This document shows, piece after piece, positions 62,510-64,000 of a stretch of DNA of 64,000 nt. The position numbers and the translations under genes were made by a program. Below the pieces are notes generated by a model. The model was not told where the DNA came from, ran no database searches, and saw only the letters and a program-made list of their open reading frames with translations. The stretch comes from Verrucomicrobiia bacterium (GTDB taxonomy: Bacteria > Verrucomicrobiota > Verrucomicrobiia > Limisphaerales > UBA11358): the NCBI GenBank assembly GCA_036502245.1, contig DASXYX010000026.1, forward strand, positions 136,575 to 200,574, written 5' to 3'. How positions within the stretch are numbered: position 1 is the stretch's first letter; the number at the start of each line of letters is the position of its first letter.

Positions 62510-63547
62510 ATGCCTGCCGCAAAGCCCATCCAAATCATCGGTGGCGGTCTGGCTGGACTGACCCTCGGTATTGCGCTGCGAAAAGAACGCATTCCCGTCA
62601 CGATTTTCGAAGCCGGCAAATACCCGCGTCATCGTGTATGCGGTGAATTCATCAGTGGACGTGGATTGGAGGTTCTGGAGACATTTGAATTAAAACAAAA
62701 ATTGTTGGCCGCCGGTGCGATCCAGGCGCAATCAGCCGCCTTCTTCTCCGAAAATTTCCAGTCACCCGTCCATTCCTTGCCCGCGCCCGCGCTTTGCCTT
62801 TCACGCTTTACCATGGATATGTTGCTCGCGGACGAGTTTCAAAAACTTGGCGGCGAACTGCGCGCTGATGAGCGCTGGAAGGGTGGAGATGGTGAAGGGA
62901 TCGTTCGCGCCAGCGGACGGCGGTTGAAAACGGTTGAAAACGGTTGGCGCTGGTTTGGGATGAAAGCTCATGCAAAAAATGTCCCGCTGGAGGCCGACCT
63001 GGAAATGCACCTCTCTAAAAACAGTTACATCGGCTTGTGCAAATTGACTGATGGCGAGGTGAATATTTGTGGCCTTTTTCGCCGGAATGAGAATGGAAAT
63101 TTGCCCGGCAATGGATTTGATCTGCTGCGCGGAACGCCCGGCACGTTTTTGCATGAACGCCTGGCCGCGGCAAAGTTTGATGAAGATTCCTGCTGTTCTG
63201 TTGCCGGCCTTTCATTGCGGCCTGACCGGGCTTCGGACAAATCCGAAGTCTGTATCGGTGATACGTTGACCATGATTCCACCCGTTACCGGAAATGGGAT
63301 GTCTCTCGCCTTTGAATCCGCCCGGCTTGCCACCGGGCCACTTGCCGATTTCAGTCGTGGCAATCTGCCCTGGAGCAAAACCCGGGAACAAATTGCTTGC
63401 GCGTGTGATGAAACCTTTTCGCGCCGCCTGCGTTGGGCAAATTGGCTGCAACGCCTGATGTTTTCGCCTGTCGTGCGGTCGCCTTTCGGCAGAATCCTCT
63501 TTCAGTCCGAAGCTTTTTGGAAAATGATGTTCGCCAAAACACGATGA
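62510..63547 (+). CDS. FAD-dependent oxidoreductase/monooxygenase (geranylgeranyl-reductase-like fold)
   Basis: The dinucleotide-binding N-terminus IQIIGGGLAGLTLGIALRKERIPVTIFE follows the ATG at 62510, 1 nt after the methyltransferase stop. A GD..T.IPPVTGNGM motif lies near the C-terminus. The listed 62360 start overlaps the methyltransferase gene. Confidence 0.8.
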   Translation: MPAAKPIQIIGGGLAGLTLGIALRKERIPVTIFEAGKYPRHRVCGEFISGRGLEVLETFELKQKLLAAGAIQAQSAAFFSENFQSPVHSLPAPALCLSRFTMDMLLADEFQKLGGELRADERWKGGDGEGIVRASGRRLKTVENGWRWFGMKAHAKNVPLEADLEMHLSKNSYIGLCKLTDGEVNICGLFRRNENGNLPGNGFDLLRGTPGTFLHERLAAAKFDEDSCCSVAGLSLRPDRASDKSEVCIGDTLTMIPPVTGNGMSLAFESARLATGPLADFSRGNLPWSKTREQIACACDETFSRRLRWANWLQRLMFSPVVRSPFGRILFQSEAFWKMMFAKTR

Positions 63548-64000
63548 AACCGCTCGCCGACTGTAAACTGTACACGTTCATTGATACTGCCTATCTGCAT
63601 GGCCGTGCGCCGGAGGTTGTAGCGAAACAACTCTGCGACGGCGGCAGTGACCTCATCCAGCTCCGCGCTAAAAAATCTTCATCGGCGGAGATACGCAGTT
63701 TGGCTGAAAAGATCCTGCCTATTACCAAAAGCGCCGGCGTGGGCCTTGTCATCAACGACCATTTGGACGTTGCGCGCGATCTGGGCGCGGAGTTTTGCCA
63801 TTTGGGACAAGAGGATTTTTTTGACGCCGGCTTCAAGAATGTCTCTGAACTCAAAACCGGTGATTCCAGACTCAAGATCGGCCTTAGCACCCATTCGCCG
63901 GACCAGGCCAAACGCGCCCTGGCCGCCGGGGCCGATTATGTGGCCATTGGTCCCATCTTCGCCACTGGCACCAAGCCAACCGCGAGGCCCGTGACGCTTG
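63544..64000 (+). CDS. thiE: Thiamine-phosphate synthase (3' end off-window); absent from the ORF track because no stop is reached
   Basis: My own translation from the ATG at 63544 (ATGA overlap with the upstream stop): MKPLADCKLYTFIDTAYL..DLIQLRAKK..GVGLVINDHLDVARDLGAEFCHLGQEDF..IGLSTHS..GADYVAIGPIFATGTKP. Confidence 0.88.
   Translation, partial: MKPLADCKLYTFIDTAYLHGRAPEVVAKQLCDGGSDLIQLRAKKSSSAEIRSLAEKILPITKSAGVGLVINDHLDVARDLGAEFCHLGQEDFFDAGFKNVSELKTGDSRLKIGLSTHSPDQAKRALAAGADYVAIGPIFATGTKPTARPVTL

Overview
This is a 64-kb chromosomal window with about 45 protein genes, one tRNA and one riboswitch. I found no rRNA, CRISPR array, integrase or transposase. The gene content, giant LamG/pectate-lyase-type surface proteins and GC-hairpin intergenic repeats suggest a Verrucomicrobiota/Planctomycetota-like bacterium; that is inference only.

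Layout:
- 1-14.9 kb: a surface-protein block. It holds a 5'-truncated giant protein of more than 3,200 aa, an FkbM methyltransferase, a LamG lipoprotein that is a paralog of a module inserted in the giant protein, and a 984-aa protein built from three ~850-bp tandem repeats.
- 15-32 kb: housekeeping genes (uvrA, a TPR protein, erpA, and thiC with a TPP riboswitch), mixed with a Cys-less CsoR-family regulator coupled to mgtA, an outer-membrane channel, a zeta-toxin-like ATPase with an overlapping unlisted 55-aa ORF, a BspA-type LRR protein, a TMEM175 channel, tsaA and an aldo/keto reductase.
- 33-39.5 kb: an ArsR-headed cluster with four SRPBCC domains, two VOC proteins and DoxX, followed by WrbA-like, FMN-reductase, VOC and pirin genes.
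- 41-51 kb: DUF1080 and beta-propeller secreted proteins, LysR plus an aldo/keto reductase, rex, and a minus-strand envelope cluster (kdsB, pyrG, small ORF, lptF/G, tRNA-Ala, cdsA).
- 52-64 kb: a REC-HPt-like-REC protein with new C-terminal repeats, a dehydrogenase, a low-GC PD-(D/E)XK-like orphan gene, glmS, gmhB, a PPi-type phosphofructokinase, and a tightly coupled type III PKS, methyltransferase, flavoprotein and thiE operon.

Most notable leads:
- Nested domain insertions and a mid-ORF composition break in the giant protein.
- A shared [FY]-Y-x-[LV]...Pro C-terminus on four secreted proteins.
- A CsoR-family protein that has lost all metal ligands, coupled to mgtA and sitting near a G-tract operator.
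- An srs-like phenolic-lipid operon.
- Several intergenic hairpin repeat families, one of which shows stem covariation.
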